From assembly GCA_965279375.1 (NCBI GenBank), contig OZ257156.1:2624001-2688000 (forward strand): a DNA stretch of 64,000 nt, given 5' to 3'. This DNA is from Gemmatimonas sp. (GTDB lineage: Bacteria > Gemmatimonadota > Gemmatimonadetes > Gemmatimonadales > Gemmatimonadaceae). The notes below the pieces were generated by a model. It made no database searches, was not told where the DNA came from, and worked only from the letters and a program-made list of their open reading frames with translations. The translations under genes were made by a program, and so were the position numbers. Of this stretch, positions 39,024 to 49,652 are shown piece by piece; within the stretch, counting starts at the first letter, position 1; each line of letters begins with the position of its first letter.

Positions 39024-40285
39024 TGTACGCGGCGTCGCGCGCGGCGCTGAGACGGGCTGTTGTCGTCAGCACTCTAGTGTCGTCGACCCTCGGCATTGCA
39101 TGTGCGCGCCAACGTGATGCAACGCCGCGAGCAGACGCCGCGGCCACGAGTCAGCTGCCCTGGGACAGCGTGGTGGCGCAAGCGCGCGGCACGACGGTAC
39201 TCTGGCGAATGTGGCGTGGCGATCCGGCGATCAACGCATACGTAGACGGCTGGATCGCGCCGCGAGTTCGCGAGCGCTACGGAATCACGCTCCAGGCCGT
39301 AGAGGGGCAGGGCGCCGAGTTGGTGAACGCATTGGTGACCGAGCGTGAGGCCGGCAGAGGTGCGGGTAGTGCGAGCCTCGTGTGGATCAACGGCGAGACC
39401 TTTACGCAGTTGCGGCGTGAGCGGCTCCTCAGCGGACCCTGGTCTGGCCGGCTCCCCAATGCGCGCTACGTCGACAGTGCGTCCGCGATCATCTCGCGAG
39501 ACTTCGAGCGCGATCCGGCGGGTTTCGAGTCGCCGTGGGGAACGGTGCAGTTTGCGCTCATCTACGACAGTGCGCGAACGCCTAGTCCGCCGCACACCGT
39601 CGACGAACTCGCCGCGTGGATTCACGCGCATCCCGGACGCTTCACGCATGACCAATCGTTCGCTGGCGTCACGTTCCTCAAGACGCTGATGTATGCGCGT
39701 GCCGGTGGAGTGGCGCGTTTTCAGGGAGGCTTCGTCGACTCGACGTACGCCGTGGGACGCGACAGCGTCGTCGCTTGGCTGACGAGATTGCGCCCGGACT
39801 TCTGGCGTCGTGGCGAGACGTACCCGCCCGACGTGGCCGCGCTGCATCGCCTCTTCGCGAACGGTGAAGTCGACATGAGCATGTCGATGAATCAGAACGA
39901 GGTGCTGACGAAAGTGCGCCAGGGTGTACTGCCGAAATCATCGCGTGCCTTCGTGCTGCGTGACGGAACGATCGCCAACGCACACTTCGTCGGCATTCCG
40001 TTCAACGCGCCCAACGCAGCGGGAGCGCTCGTGGTCGCCGACTTCCTGCTCTCGCCGGAGGCGCAACTGGAGAAGCAGAAGGCGGAAGTGTGGGCTGATG
40101 GAACGGTACTCGACCTCGTGCGCCTGCCCTCGGAGTGGCGCGCGAAGTTCATTGCGCTCGAACAGGACGCGCATGCGATTTCCACCGACTCGCTGCGTCG
40201 ATATGCGCGACCCGAAGTCTCGGCGGAGTATCACGAGCGCTTGCAGGCTGACTGGCGTACGCTGGTGCGTCGCGGCGCGCCGTGA
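39023..40285 (+). CDS. ABC substrate-binding lipoprotein, YnjB-like
   Basis: Lipobox LGIAC, WINGETF, ESPWG..QF, GTIANAHFVGIPFNA. Confidence 0.85.
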   Translation: MYAASRAALRRAVVVSTLVSSTLGIACARQRDATPRADAAATSQLPWDSVVAQARGTTVLWRMWRGDPAINAYVDGWIAPRVRERYGITLQAVEGQGAELVNALVTEREAGRGAGSASLVWINGETFTQLRRERLLSGPWSGRLPNARYVDSASAIISRDFERDPAGFESPWGTVQFALIYDSARTPSPPHTVDELAAWIHAHPGRFTHDQSFAGVTFLKTLMYARAGGVARFQGGFVDSTYAVGRDSVVAWLTRLRPDFWRRGETYPPDVAALHRLFANGEVDMSMSMNQNEVLTKVRQGVLPKSSRAFVLRDGTIANAHFVGIPFNAPNAAGALVVADFLLSPEAQLEKQKAEVWADGTVLDLVRLPSEWRAKFIALEQDAHAISTDSLRRYARPEVSAEYHERLQADWRTLVRRGAP

Positions 40286-41166
40286 AGTCGTCCGACAAAG
40301 CGGGCTACGTCGCCGTCGCCATGTTGGCTGCGCCGGTGATCGTCGGTGCGCTCTATTCCGTTGCAGCATCCCTCGGCCTCGTCGGCGCGGGCGCTGATGC
40401 CGCCGGCAGTGAGCGCATCGTGCGGTCGTTGGGCGCGCCCGAGACATGGCGTAGTCTCGCATGGACGCTCTACACGGCAGGAGCGGGTACAGCGCTGGCC
40501 GTTATCGGAGCGCTGATCGTGAGTGTAGCTGTACAGCACAGTCGACTCGGTCGCGCCTTGGCCGTGGTCCCGCTCGCCGTTCCGCACGTGGCGGCATCGC
40601 TAGCGGCGCTGCTGCTATTGGGGCAGAGCGGATATCTATCGCGGATTGCGTTCGCACTGGGGTGGATCACGCAACCCTCGGAGTTTCCGGCGATCGTCTA
40701 TGACAAGGCGGGCGTCGCGCTGACACTCGCCTTCGCCTGGAAGGAGTTTCCGTTCCTGCTGATGTCGGCGCTCGCCGTTCTTGCCACGCAAGGCACCGTT
40801 CTGCGCGAAGTCGCGCAGACGCTCGGTGCCAGCCGGTGGACCACTTATCGCCGCGTGACGTGGCCGTTGCTGTGGCGCGGCATCGCCCCCGCGGTAATCG
40901 CGGTCTTCGCATTTCTCGTTGGGCAGTACGAGATGCCGAGCATGCTCGCACCGAGCGATCCGCTTGCGTTCCCGTTGTTGATTTTCGAGCGCGCCAACGA
41001 TCCGTCGCTCGTGCGGCGTGGCGAGGCGCACGTGCTCGGACTCATAGCTCTTGCGTTGGCAGGGCTGTTGGTGCTGCTGCACGAGCGCTTCCGTGCCAAC
41101 GCCGTCGACGCGGCAGCAACAGAGGGCAGAGACGAGATGGCCCGAGCGGATCGCACACATGTCTGA
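40282..41166 (+). CDS. ABC permease (YnjC N-half-like)
   Basis: PLAVPHVA, KEFPFLL and AQTLGA (EAA-like loop). Confidence 0.85.
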   Translation: MKSSDKAGYVAVAMLAAPVIVGALYSVAASLGLVGAGADAAGSERIVRSLGAPETWRSLAWTLYTAGAGTALAVIGALIVSVAVQHSRLGRALAVVPLAVPHVAASLAALLLLGQSGYLSRIAFALGWITQPSEFPAIVYDKAGVALTLAFAWKEFPFLLMSALAVLATQGTVLREVAQTLGASRWTTYRRVTWPLLWRGIAPAVIAVFAFLVGQYEMPSMLAPSDPLAFPLLIFERANDPSLVRRGEAHVLGLIALALAGLLVLLHERFRANAVDAAATEGRDEMARADRTHV

Positions 41167-41974
41167 CGCGCGAGTACGTGCGCCCGCGCCAGATGCCGCG
41201 TTTCGCGCACTGCTGTTTCCGCTGCTCGCGCTGCTGTCAATTCTTCCAATCGGAACGCTGATCGTGACCGCGTTGCGGCCAGCATCGCTCTATCCGGCGC
41301 TGTGGCTTCAGGATGGTTGGTCCATCACGGACTCGATGCAGGTGCTCGCGTCGCCAGCGGTCTGGGGTGCACTCGGCCGCAGTCTGATACTGGCCGTGCT
41401 CACCGGAGTCTTCGGCTGCGTGATCGCCTTCTTCGCGGCGCGCACGTTGGCGCGAGCGACGCGCACCGTGCAGCGCGTGGGAGCGGCGCTGGCGTTCCTG
41501 CCCGTGATTGCCCCGCCGATTGCGTTGGGCGTTGGTGTCCAGGTGTTCGCACTGCGACTGGGCGTTGGCGGATCGATGATTGGCGTGCTCCTGGCACATC
41601 TCATTCCGGCGTGCGGCTACCTCACGCTATTCCTGCTCGGCGTGCTACGTTCGTATGATGACGCGATGGAGGAAGGCGCGCAGACGCTCGGTGCCACCGC
41701 GTATCAGGTCTTCGTGCGTGTGACATTACCTTCGCTGCGTCCTCAGCTGATGGCTGCCGTGGTCCTGGGCGCACTGGTGTCGTGGGGACAGTTGGCGCTC
41801 ACGCTGCTGGTGGGCGCCGGCGTCGTGCGCACCTTGCCGGTAGAACTGCTGTCGTTTGTGAGAGCGGGCGATGATCGGTTAGGCGCGGCCGCGGCACTGT
41901 TGCTCTCGGTGCCGCCGTTGATTGCGCTCAGCGTCGTGCAGAGCGGTGTTCGTCGTACCGGAGCGGTGTCGTGA
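41159..41974 (+). CDS. ABC permease (YnjC C-half-like)
   Basis: LAHLIP, EEGAQTLGA, FVRVTLP. Confidence 0.85.
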   Translation: MSDARVRAPAPDAAFRALLFPLLALLSILPIGTLIVTALRPASLYPALWLQDGWSITDSMQVLASPAVWGALGRSLILAVLTGVFGCVIAFFAARTLARATRTVQRVGAALAFLPVIAPPIALGVGVQVFALRLGVGGSMIGVLLAHLIPACGYLTLFLLGVLRSYDDAMEEGAQTLGATAYQVFVRVTLPSLRPQLMAAVVLGALVSWGQLALTLLVGAGVVRTLPVELLSFVRAGDDRLGAAAALLLSVPPLIALSVVQSGVRRTGAVS

Positions 41975-43101
41975 GCACGCTTCCAGCGCGAGATGCGGCG
42001 CTGTCGCTCGAGGATGCGTCGATCCGTTTCGGTGCGCGGATTGGGCTGCATGCACTTTCGTTGTCGATCGCAGCGGGCGAGCGCGTCGCGTTGGTTGGCC
42101 CGTCCGGCGTCGGCAAGACGTCACTGCTGCGGGCGATCGCTGGGCTCGAGCAGAGCGCCGCAGGGCGCATCCGGGTAGCAGGGATTGACGTCAGTGATCT
42201 GGCGCCCGACCGTCGCGGCGTGGTGTATCTGCATCAGTCGCCTACGTTGTTTCCGCACCTGTCCGTGGTGGACAATGTGGGGTTCCCATTCGAGGTGCGC
42301 GGGAAGTCGCGTGCCGACGCGAGGGCGATTGCGCTCCCGCTGCTTGCGCGCGTGCAGATGGAGTCGTTCGCATCGCGCGCGCCGTCAACGTTGAGTGGCG
42401 GACAACGACATCGAGTGGCGCTGGCTCGTGCGCTGGCCGCAGAACCTGCCGTCTTGCTCCTCGACGAGCCGTTCGCGGCACTCGACCCTGCGCTGCGCGA
42501 CGAAGTTCGTTCGTCGGTGCTCGCATCTCTCGACGCCGTGCGTTCCGGCGCGGAAGACACGCGCGCGCCTGCAGTTCTGTTGGTGACGCATGACATCGAT
42601 GAAGCGGCGACGGTGGCCGATCGCATCGTCGTGTTGCTGGATGGTCGGATCGCGCAGGACGACGCACCCGGTGTGTTGTTGTCTGCGCCGAATTCGATCG
42701 CTGTCGCGCGGTTTCTTGGCCTGCCGAACATCGTGCGCGGGTCGTGTTCGCGGGGCGTGTTCACGAGCACCGTAGGTACTTACAGGTGCGAGCTCGGCGA
42801 TGGTCCCGCGCGGCTGGTGTCGCGTGCCGATGGATTCGTCGCGCGCGCGCGCGGCGCGACGCAGACGACTGACGTTTCGCCAGAGACGACAGGATCTGGC
42901 GTCAGCATCGGAAGCGTGGCTGGCGTTGTCGAGGCGGTGGAGGAGCGCCTGGCGGGTGTCGTCGTGCGCGTCCGCGTCGCGGACACGCACGTGCTCGCTC
43001 GACCGCTTTCGACGTCAGCTGTTTCTATTGGGGATTGGGTTGATCTGACGCTGGACGTGTCGCGCGTACATCTGATTCGCGAGACCGACGCCGATGTTTG
43101 A
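41971..43101 (+). CDS. ABC ATP-binding protein (PotA/YnjD-like, TOBE tail)
   Basis: GPSGVGKT, LSGGQ, LLLDEPF, VTHD. Confidence 0.92.
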   Translation: MSTLPARDAALSLEDASIRFGARIGLHALSLSIAAGERVALVGPSGVGKTSLLRAIAGLEQSAAGRIRVAGIDVSDLAPDRRGVVYLHQSPTLFPHLSVVDNVGFPFEVRGKSRADARAIALPLLARVQMESFASRAPSTLSGGQRHRVALARALAAEPAVLLLDEPFAALDPALRDEVRSSVLASLDAVRSGAEDTRAPAVLLVTHDIDEAATVADRIVVLLDGRIAQDDAPGVLLSAPNSIAVARFLGLPNIVRGSCSRGVFTSTVGTYRCELGDGPARLVSRADGFVARARGATQTTDVSPETTGSGVSIGSVAGVVEAVEERLAGVVVRVRVADTHVLARPLSTSAVSIGDWVDLTLDVSRVHLIRETDADV

Positions 43102-43699
43102 TCACCTGCTTCGGGCACTCAAGGATCGATGGTTTGCACCACTGGCGCGCGCGCTGGGTCCCGCGCTGTCGCCCGCGATGATCTCGGTGCTGGCGCTCGC
43201 CTTCGGCCTGCTCGCGGCGCTGGCGGCGTATCGCGGACAGAACGGAGCCGCGTTGGGCGCATGGATTGCCAACCGGTTGTTCGACGGACTCGACGGGACG
43301 TACGCGCGGGTGCACGCGCGTCAGACCGACTTTGGCGGCTATCTGGACATCCTGCTCGACTTCGTCGTGTACGCGACAATTCCCGTTGCGCTGGTCGCAC
43401 GCGATCCGGCAGGGTTGTCGCTGGCGGGCGTATTTCTCGAGGCGACGTTTTTCGTGAATGCGGCCTCGTGGATGTATCTGTCGGCGATTCTCGAGGGGCG
43501 AAGCCGTGGGGCGGCGTCGCGCGGCGAGCTGACGTCGGTGACGATGCCGGCCGGGATCGTGGCGGGCACGGAGACGGTGCTGTTCTACGCGCTGTTCCTG
43601 ATCGTGCCTGCGTGGCGCGCGCCGCTGTTCTGGCTGATGGGCGGGCTGGTGTGCGTGAACGTGGTGCAGCGGTTGTGGTGGGCGCGGCGCGAGTTGTAG
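43094..43699 (+). CDS. CDP-alcohol phosphatidyltransferase family protein (YnjF-like)
   Basis: NRLFDGLDGTYAR...GGYLDILLD signature and GTET. Confidence 0.9.
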   Translation: MFDHLLRALKDRWFAPLARALGPALSPAMISVLALAFGLLAALAAYRGQNGAALGAWIANRLFDGLDGTYARVHARQTDFGGYLDILLDFVVYATIPVALVARDPAGLSLAGVFLEATFFVNAASWMYLSAILEGRSRGAASRGELTSVTMPAGIVAGTETVLFYALFLIVPAWRAPLFWLMGGLVCVNVVQRLWWARREL

Positions 43700-43768
43700 C
43701 GATCATCGCTGGCCGGCGGCGGCATAGGCGCCGTTGGGCGATGGCCTGGTTCCGCCCCGAAACGAATC

Positions 43769-43802
43769 AAGCCCCGCCGCGACGTAAGTCGTGACAGGGC
43801 TT
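43769..43802 (-). terminator. Hairpin terminating the tRNA operon
   Basis: Minus-strand stem aagccctgtcacgac/gtcgcggcggggctt with G-U pairs. Confidence 0.5.
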
Positions 43803-43815
43803 GGCTTTCGTTCAA

Positions 43816-43889
43816 TCGGGGCGACAGGATTTGAACCTGCGACCTCCTGCTCCCGAAGCAGGCGCTCTACCGGGCTAAGCTACGCCCCG
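43816..43889 (-). tRNA. tRNA-Pro(CGG)
   Basis: Anticodon arm CCTGC-TT CGG GA-GCAGG. Confidence 0.96.
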
Positions 43890-43920
43890 TTGAAATCGGA
43901 TACTCAGAACCAAACTGCAG

Positions 43921-43994
43921 TGCGCCCAGGAGGACTCGAACCTCCAACCTTCTGATCCGTAGTCAGATGCTCTATCCAATTGAGCTATGGGCGC
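43921..43994 (-). tRNA. tRNA-Arg(ACG)
   Basis: Anticodon arm TCTGA-CT ACG GA-TCAGA. Confidence 0.96.
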
Positions 43995-44099
43995 AGACCG
44001 GAACCGCGCTCACCGACCACCATCACCGGTGAGTCCCACATCGTAGTCGGTCGCAGCCTCGCTCACAACCGCCTTCGACCTTCCAACCAGCAAACGACA

Positions 44100-44173
44100 T
44101 GGGTCGTACAAGACTCGAACTTGTGACCTCCACGATGTCAACGTGGCGCTCTAACCAACTGAGCTAACGACCC
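44100..44173 (-). tRNA. tRNA-Val(GAC)
   Basis: Anticodon arm CCACG-TT GAC AT-CGTGG. Confidence 0.96.
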
Positions 44174-44223
44174 AAGATGCAGTGACAACTAGCGCCACTA
44201 CAACGACATCATCTCAACAGCGA

Positions 44224-44296
44224 AGCGGGAAACGGGACTCGAACCCGCGACCCCAACCTTGGCAAGGTTGTGCTCTACCAACTGAGCTATTCCCGC
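44224..44296 (-). tRNA. tRNA-Gly(GCC)
   Basis: Anticodon arm CAACC-TT GCC AA-GGTTG. Confidence 0.96.
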
Positions 44297-44394
44297 AACT
44301 TCCTGCACGTGCACCAACACCCACACCTGCTAGGACGGAACGCACGATCAGTCGTCACGCTTAATTACTTACTGACCTGCGGGCCGCACCGGGA

Positions 44395-44467
<73 letters not shown>

Positions 44468-44790
44468 GGGGCGCGACACCCTCGCGGCTGTTGCTTCCGA
44501 AGAAGCACGGCAGCGAGGGTGTCAGGAACCGCGCAGTCTAGTCGGGTGTATGTCCGTCGTCAAGCAGAACTCGAACGATTCGCACTGGCGGAAATACCCT
44601 GCAGGCGTATCTTGCGAGGCTAGCCGGATGAAGCGTCTTAATTGTGTAGTAACGCTGAAGTGGTGCGACCCATGCAGAACGTTGCAGCGAGGGCGCCGCG
44701 GCCCTGACGAACCGACGTGACCGACGTCGGTTGCGATGATACAGCACTTTGATCGTGGACGTTCGCCCGTCCCGAGGAACATAGAAATCC

Positions 44791-45678
44791 ATGACTGACG
44801 TCAAGCGGAAGCGCCGTCGTGCGGCACCCGCAGGCATCGCGCCAACCGAGCCAGAGCGCGACATCCTCGACCAGTACCTCTACGAAGTCAGCACGTATCC
44901 GCTCCTCAAGGGCGCGGAAGAAATCGAGCTGGCCAAGAAGATCCGCGCCGGAGACCAGGACGCGTTGCAGGAACTCGTCAAGCGCAACCTCCGCTTTGTC
45001 ATCTCCGTCGCCAAGAAGTACCAGAACCGTGGTCTGCCGCTCATCGACCTCATCGGCGAAGGCAACGTCGGGCTGCTCACGGCGGCGCGAAAGTTCGATC
45101 CGGATCAGGGCGTCAAGTTCATCTCGTACGCCGTGTGGTGGATTCGGCAGGCGATCCTGTCGTCGCTGGCCCGTCAGGGCCGCACGGTCCGCGTGCCGCT
45201 CAATCGTACCGCCGATCTCTCGCGCATCATCAAGGCGTCGGAAATCCTCCGGCAGAAGCTGCGTCGCGAACCCTCGCCCGAAGAATTGGCGCAGGTGACC
45301 GGCCTCTCCGTGGACGTCGTACAGTCGCTTGCTGCGCTCAACACGGGCGATGTGCGTCTCGATGCACCGATGGACCCGGATGGCGATCGCTCGCTGATCG
45401 AACGCTTCGTGGCCGACGAGATGCCGGACACGGAAGAGGAAGCGATGAACCGCTTCCTCACGGACGAAATCGAGCAGGCGCTCTCCACGTTGCCGCCGCG
45501 CGACGCGAAGGTGCTGCGCTTGTACTTCGGCCTCGAAGGCGGTCGCGAGCACACGCTGGAAGAAATCGGCAGCATGCTCGGCGTCACGCGCGAACGCGTG
45601 CGCCAGCTGCGTGATCGTGCACTCAAGCGCCTCCGCGAAGGCGATGTCGGGCGCGCGCTGTCCAGCTTCGCTGCATAA
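44791..45678 (+). CDS. RNA polymerase sigma-70 factor, RpoD/SigA family (no region 1.1)
   Basis: NLRFVISVAKKY, DLIGEGNVGL, KFISYAVWWIRQ, TLEEIG..VTRERVRQ. Confidence 0.95.
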   Translation: MTDVKRKRRRAAPAGIAPTEPERDILDQYLYEVSTYPLLKGAEEIELAKKIRAGDQDALQELVKRNLRFVISVAKKYQNRGLPLIDLIGEGNVGLLTAARKFDPDQGVKFISYAVWWIRQAILSSLARQGRTVRVPLNRTADLSRIIKASEILRQKLRREPSPEELAQVTGLSVDVVQSLAALNTGDVRLDAPMDPDGDRSLIERFVADEMPDTEEEAMNRFLTDEIEQALSTLPPRDAKVLRLYFGLEGGREHTLEEIGSMLGVTRERVRQLRDRALKRLREGDVGRALSSFAA

Positions 45679-45823
45679 GCCACGTTCCGGCACGGTTGCC
45701 ACGTGTTCACACGGCGGGTCGCGATTTACGCGGCCCGCCGTTTGCGTTCTACGCAGCGGTTTCCGGCGACGAAATGCGGACTGACTTACGGGTCGCCGTT
45801 CCTGCAATCATATTCGTGATGTC

Positions 45824-46615
45824 ATGATCGAGCTCAAGGACGTCTACAAGGCCTTCGGGCCCAAGCAGGTGCTCCGTGGTTTTTCCCTCACGGTCAATGA
45901 GGGCGAAACGATGGTCATCATTGGCTATTCGGGCACCGGCAAGTCGGTGGCGATCAAGCACATCGTCGGGTTGCTCGAGCCCGACGCGGGCGAGGTGTGG
46001 GTGGATGGACAGCGCGTGGATCAACTCTCGCGCGAGGCGCTCTACAAGCTGCGTGGCAAGATTGGCTACGTGTTCCAGTTCGCTGCGCTCTTCGACTCGA
46101 TGACCATCGGCGAGAACGTCGCGATGGGTCTGCGCAAACAGGGCGAGCTCACCGAAGCCGAGATCACCGCGCGCGTCAACGAGGCGCTCGATCTGGTCGA
46201 TCTCCCCGACGTGCAACACCGCATGCCGGCAGAGCTGTCCGGCGGGATGCGCAAGCGCGTCGGTATCGCGCGCGCGATCGCACTGCGCCCCAAATACATC
46301 CTGTACGACGAACCGACAACGGGGCTCGATCCCGTGACTTCTGCGACCATCGACGCGCTGATGGTGCGCATGCGCGAGCAGTTGGGTGTGACGGGCATTG
46401 TCATCACACACGACATGCGCAGTGCGTACACGGTTGGAACGAAGATCGCGATGTTGTATGAGGGAACGGTTCGCCAGGTGGGCACCGTGGAGGAGATTCA
46501 GCACAGCACCGATCCGCTCGTGCGACAGTTCATCGAGGGGCGCGCGACGCTCGAAGGGCACTCACCGTTGATCGGTGTAGCCTCGAGCGCTGAATCGGCC
46601 GCTGCGGAAGCCTGA
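45824..46615 (+). CDS. ABC ATP-binding protein, MlaF/Mkl family
   Basis: GYSGTGKS, VFQFAALFDSMT, LSGGMRKRVGIARA, YDEPTTGLDP. Confidence 0.9.
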   Translation: MIELKDVYKAFGPKQVLRGFSLTVNEGETMVIIGYSGTGKSVAIKHIVGLLEPDAGEVWVDGQRVDQLSREALYKLRGKIGYVFQFAALFDSMTIGENVAMGLRKQGELTEAEITARVNEALDLVDLPDVQHRMPAELSGGMRKRVGIARAIALRPKYILYDEPTTGLDPVTSATIDALMVRMREQLGVTGIVITHDMRSAYTVGTKIAMLYEGTVRQVGTVEEIQHSTDPLVRQFIEGRATLEGHSPLIGVASSAESAAAEA

Positions 46616-46667
46616 CACGCATGTTCGCTCGCATCCTCTGTCGCTTGCAACGTCGCGAGGCGGTCGC

Positions 46668-47177
46668 ATGAATGACCGTCGCGATCAGCGCAAGCGCAGC
46701 GGGCGAGCGAAGCTCGAGACGTCCGCCGGGGGCGTGGTGTATCGCGTGCACGAGGGCGAGCCGCTGTTTCTGCTCATTCGCGACAGCTACCGTAACTGGG
46801 GATTCCCCAAGGGACATCTCGAGGAAGATGAGATGCCCGATGCGGCTGCGCTGCGCGAAGTCCGCGAGGAGACCGGTCTCGAAGCACTCGATCTCGATGG
46901 GGCAATCGAGACGATCGACTGGTTCTTCCGCTTTCGCGGGAAACTGGTGCACAAGGTCTGTCATTTCTACCTGATGCACACCGATAGCGCGCGTACGATT
47001 CCGCAACGCGAGGAAGGCATCACCGCCTGTCGCTGGGCGCCGTACGATGAAGCCGTGCGACTGGTCTCCTATGCGAACGCGCGCGACGTGCTCGCGCGTG
47101 CGCACGCGATGGTGCAGGCGCCGACCGATCCCGCGCCAGAGGCATCCAGCCGTCCCGCGGACTCTCCGGAAGGCTGA
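46668..47177 (+). CDS. NUDIX hydrolase (Ap4A hydrolase-like)
   Basis: WGFPKGHLEEDE...AALREVREETG Nudix box. Confidence 0.9.
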   Translation: MNDRRDQRKRSGRAKLETSAGGVVYRVHEGEPLFLLIRDSYRNWGFPKGHLEEDEMPDAAALREVREETGLEALDLDGAIETIDWFFRFRGKLVHKVCHFYLMHTDSARTIPQREEGITACRWAPYDEAVRLVSYANARDVLARAHAMVQAPTDPAPEASSRPADSPEG

Positions 47178-47178
47178 G

Positions 47179-48000
47179 ATGGCCACGGCTGCGCGCGTCG
47201 GAAGTTCGGACGGCTCCTCGCCGCCCATTCTGGTTTTGGCGCTGCTTAAGCGCGAGCGTGCGCGCGCGTTGGTGCGCGCGGCCTTTCCGCGCCGACGTGC
47301 GCATGTCGTGATGGTGAAGTCGGTCGCAGAGGTCGAAGCTCGCCTGACCACGCAGTTGGTGGATGCCGTCATCGTCGACGGCGGCGCCGGCGATGAAGCG
47401 ATTCGCGTCATTGCACGCGCCGAGGATTTTCAGAGCGTGCCGTTCGTCGTGGTGACGGCGATGCTGCCGGCTGATGCGCCGATGGTCGCGCGCGCGGCGG
47501 AGTCTGGCGTCGCGGAGTTGCTGGTCGAGGGCGTGGATGATGTGGCGGCACGTGAACTGGTGTTGCGTCTCGCCTTCTCGACGCGTTTCGAGCGTGCCCT
47601 CACGACGCCGCCGGAGGCGCTCCACCTCGACACACCGTTGCAGGTGGCCGTCTGGCACAGCGTCATCCGACGCGCCGGCCGCCCGATCCGAACCGACCAG
47701 CTGGCGAAAGAGCTCGGTGTGTCGCGCGAGCACCTGTCGCGCAGTTTTGCCACCGGGCGAGCTCCGACGCTCAAGCGCGTCATCGACCTGGTGCGTGTGC
47801 TGGCCGCCGCCGAGCTGGCGAAAAACGCCGGTTACGACGTGCGCGATGTGGCTGAGGTGCTTGGGTTTGCGTCGTCGAGCCACCTTTCCAGCACGACGCA
47901 GCGTCTGGTGGGGGCCAAGGCGAGCTCGCTCACGCGTCTCCGCGCCGTGGACCTGATCGAGCGCTTCCAGCAGCACTCTTCAGACAGTCTTGCCCCCTGA
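47179..48000 (+). CDS. AraC-type HTH regulator with a receiver-like N-terminal domain
   Basis: [16 protein letters not shown] and [16 protein letters not shown]. Confidence 0.85.
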   Translation: MATAARVGSSDGSSPPILVLALLKRERARALVRAAFPRRRAHVVMVKSVAEVEARLTTQLVDAVIVDGGAGDEAIRVIARAEDFQSVPFVVVTAMLPADAPMVARAAESGVAELLVEGVDDVAARELVLRLAFSTRFERALTTPPEALHLDTPLQVAVWHSVIRRAGRPIRTDQLAKELGVSREHLSRSFATGRAPTLKRVIDLVRVLAAAELAKNAGYDVRDVAEVLGFASSSHLSSTTQRLVGAKASSLTRLRAVDLIERFQQHSSDSLAP

Positions 48001-48067
48001 CAAGCCTTGTGATAATTTTCACAAGCTAGTCCCGAATCGATTCCTCCGCATTCCACGCCCGCGCATC

Positions 48068-49639
48068 ATGACCACCCAGACCGCCCTTCGCCCCGGCGAA
48101 ATCAAGGACATTCTCCTTCGCGAGATCGAAGCTGCTGATCTCGCTGACCTGAACGTCGAGGAAGTTGGATCGGTCCTGGAGGTTAAGGACGGTATCGCTC
48201 GCATCTACGGCCTCGGAAAGTGCATGGCCGGCGAGATGCTCGAGCTGACGAGCTCCGAGACCAAGGCCGTGATCACCGGCATGGCGCTCAACCTCGAAGA
48301 AGACAACATCGGCGCCGTTATCCTCGGCGACTATTTGCAGCTCAAGGAAGGCGACGAAGTGCGCCGCACCGGTCGCGTGCTTGAAGTGCCCGTCGGACAT
48401 GCGCTCGTTGGGCGCGTCGTCGACGCACTCGGCCGCCCGATCGACGGACTGGGCGACATCGTCACCAGCACCTATCGCAAGGTCGAGTCGGAAGCGCCTG
48501 GCATCATCGTGCGTCAGCCGGTTAAGGAACCACTGCAGACCGGCATCAAGTCGATCGACGCGATGATTCCGATCGGCCGCGGCCAGCGCGAGCTCATCAT
48601 CGGCGACCGCGGTACGGGCAAGACGGCCGTCGCGATCGACACGATCATCAACCAGAAGGGACAGGGCGTCATCTGCGTCTACGTGGCCATCGGCCAGAAG
48701 GCGTCGACGATTGCGTCCGTGGTGGAGAAGCTGAAGCAGGCCGGCGCGATGGAATACACGATCGTCGTCGCGGCCTCCGCCTCCGACCCGGCGCCCATGC
48801 TCTTCATCGCGCCGTACTCCGGCGCGTCGATGGCCGAGTACTTCATGTACAACGAAGGCAAGCCGACGTTGTGCGTGTACGACGACTTGTCCAAGCAGGC
48901 CGCTGCGTATCGTCAGATCTCGCTCGTCCTGCGTCGTCCGCCTGGCCGCGAAGCGTATCCGGGTGACGTGTTCTATCTCCACAGCCGTTTGCTCGAGCGT
49001 GCGGCCAAGCTGCGCGAAGACGATGCGGTGTGCGATGGCAAGAACATCCTGAAGCCGGGTGGCTCGATGACCGCACTGCCGATCATCGAAACGCAGGCCG
49101 GTGACGTGTCGGCGTACATCCCGACCAACGTTATCTCCATCACGGACGGTCAGATCTTCCTCGAGACGGACCTCTTCAACGCCGGTGTGCGTCCGGCCGT
49201 GAACGTCGGTATCTCGGTGTCGCGCGTCGGTGGTTCCGCGCAGACGAAGGCCATGAAGGGCGTTGCTGGTCGTCTGCGTCTCGACCTCGCGCAGTTCCGC
49301 GAACTCGAAGCGTTCGCCGCGTTTGCTTCGGACCTCGACGCCGCCACGAAGCGTCAGCTCGATCGCGGTGCGCGCACCGTCGAAATCCTGAAGCAGGGGC
49401 AGTATGCGCCGCTCGGATTCGAAGAGCAGGTGATGGTGATTTACGCGGTGTCCAACGGTCTGCTCGATACGCTGCCGACGACGTCGATCCGCGCGTGGGA
49501 AAAGGGCTTCCTGGAGTTTGTGAAGTCGCAGTTCCCTCAGGTGGGCGATGCGATTCGCACGAGCAAGGCGCTGTCCAAGGACACGGAAGCGGATCTGAAG
49601 CGCGCGATCGAGCAGTTCGGCAAGACGTTCGGCAACTAA
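48068..49639 (+). CDS. atpA: F1 ATP synthase subunit alpha
   Basis: [29 protein letters not shown]. Confidence 0.98.
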   Translation: MTTQTALRPGEIKDILLREIEAADLADLNVEEVGSVLEVKDGIARIYGLGKCMAGEMLELTSSETKAVITGMALNLEEDNIGAVILGDYLQLKEGDEVRRTGRVLEVPVGHALVGRVVDALGRPIDGLGDIVTSTYRKVESEAPGIIVRQPVKEPLQTGIKSIDAMIPIGRGQRELIIGDRGTGKTAVAIDTIINQKGQGVICVYVAIGQKASTIASVVEKLKQAGAMEYTIVVAASASDPAPMLFIAPYSGASMAEYFMYNEGKPTLCVYDDLSKQAAAYRQISLVLRRPPGREAYPGDVFYLHSRLLERAAKLREDDAVCDGKNILKPGGSMTALPIIETQAGDVSAYIPTNVISITDGQIFLETDLFNAGVRPAVNVGISVSRVGGSAQTKAMKGVAGRLRLDLAQFRELEAFAAFASDLDAATKRQLDRGARTVEILKQGQYAPLGFEEQVMVIYAVSNGLLDTLPTTSIRAWEKGFLEFVKSQFPQVGDAIRTSKALSKDTEADLKRAIEQFGKTFGN

Positions 49640-49652
49640 GCGGTCATCTCGG

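Noticed and set aside
44791..45678. Short RpoD-family sigma lacking region 1.1
   Set aside because: Common for group 2 and FCB-type sigma factors; not unusual.
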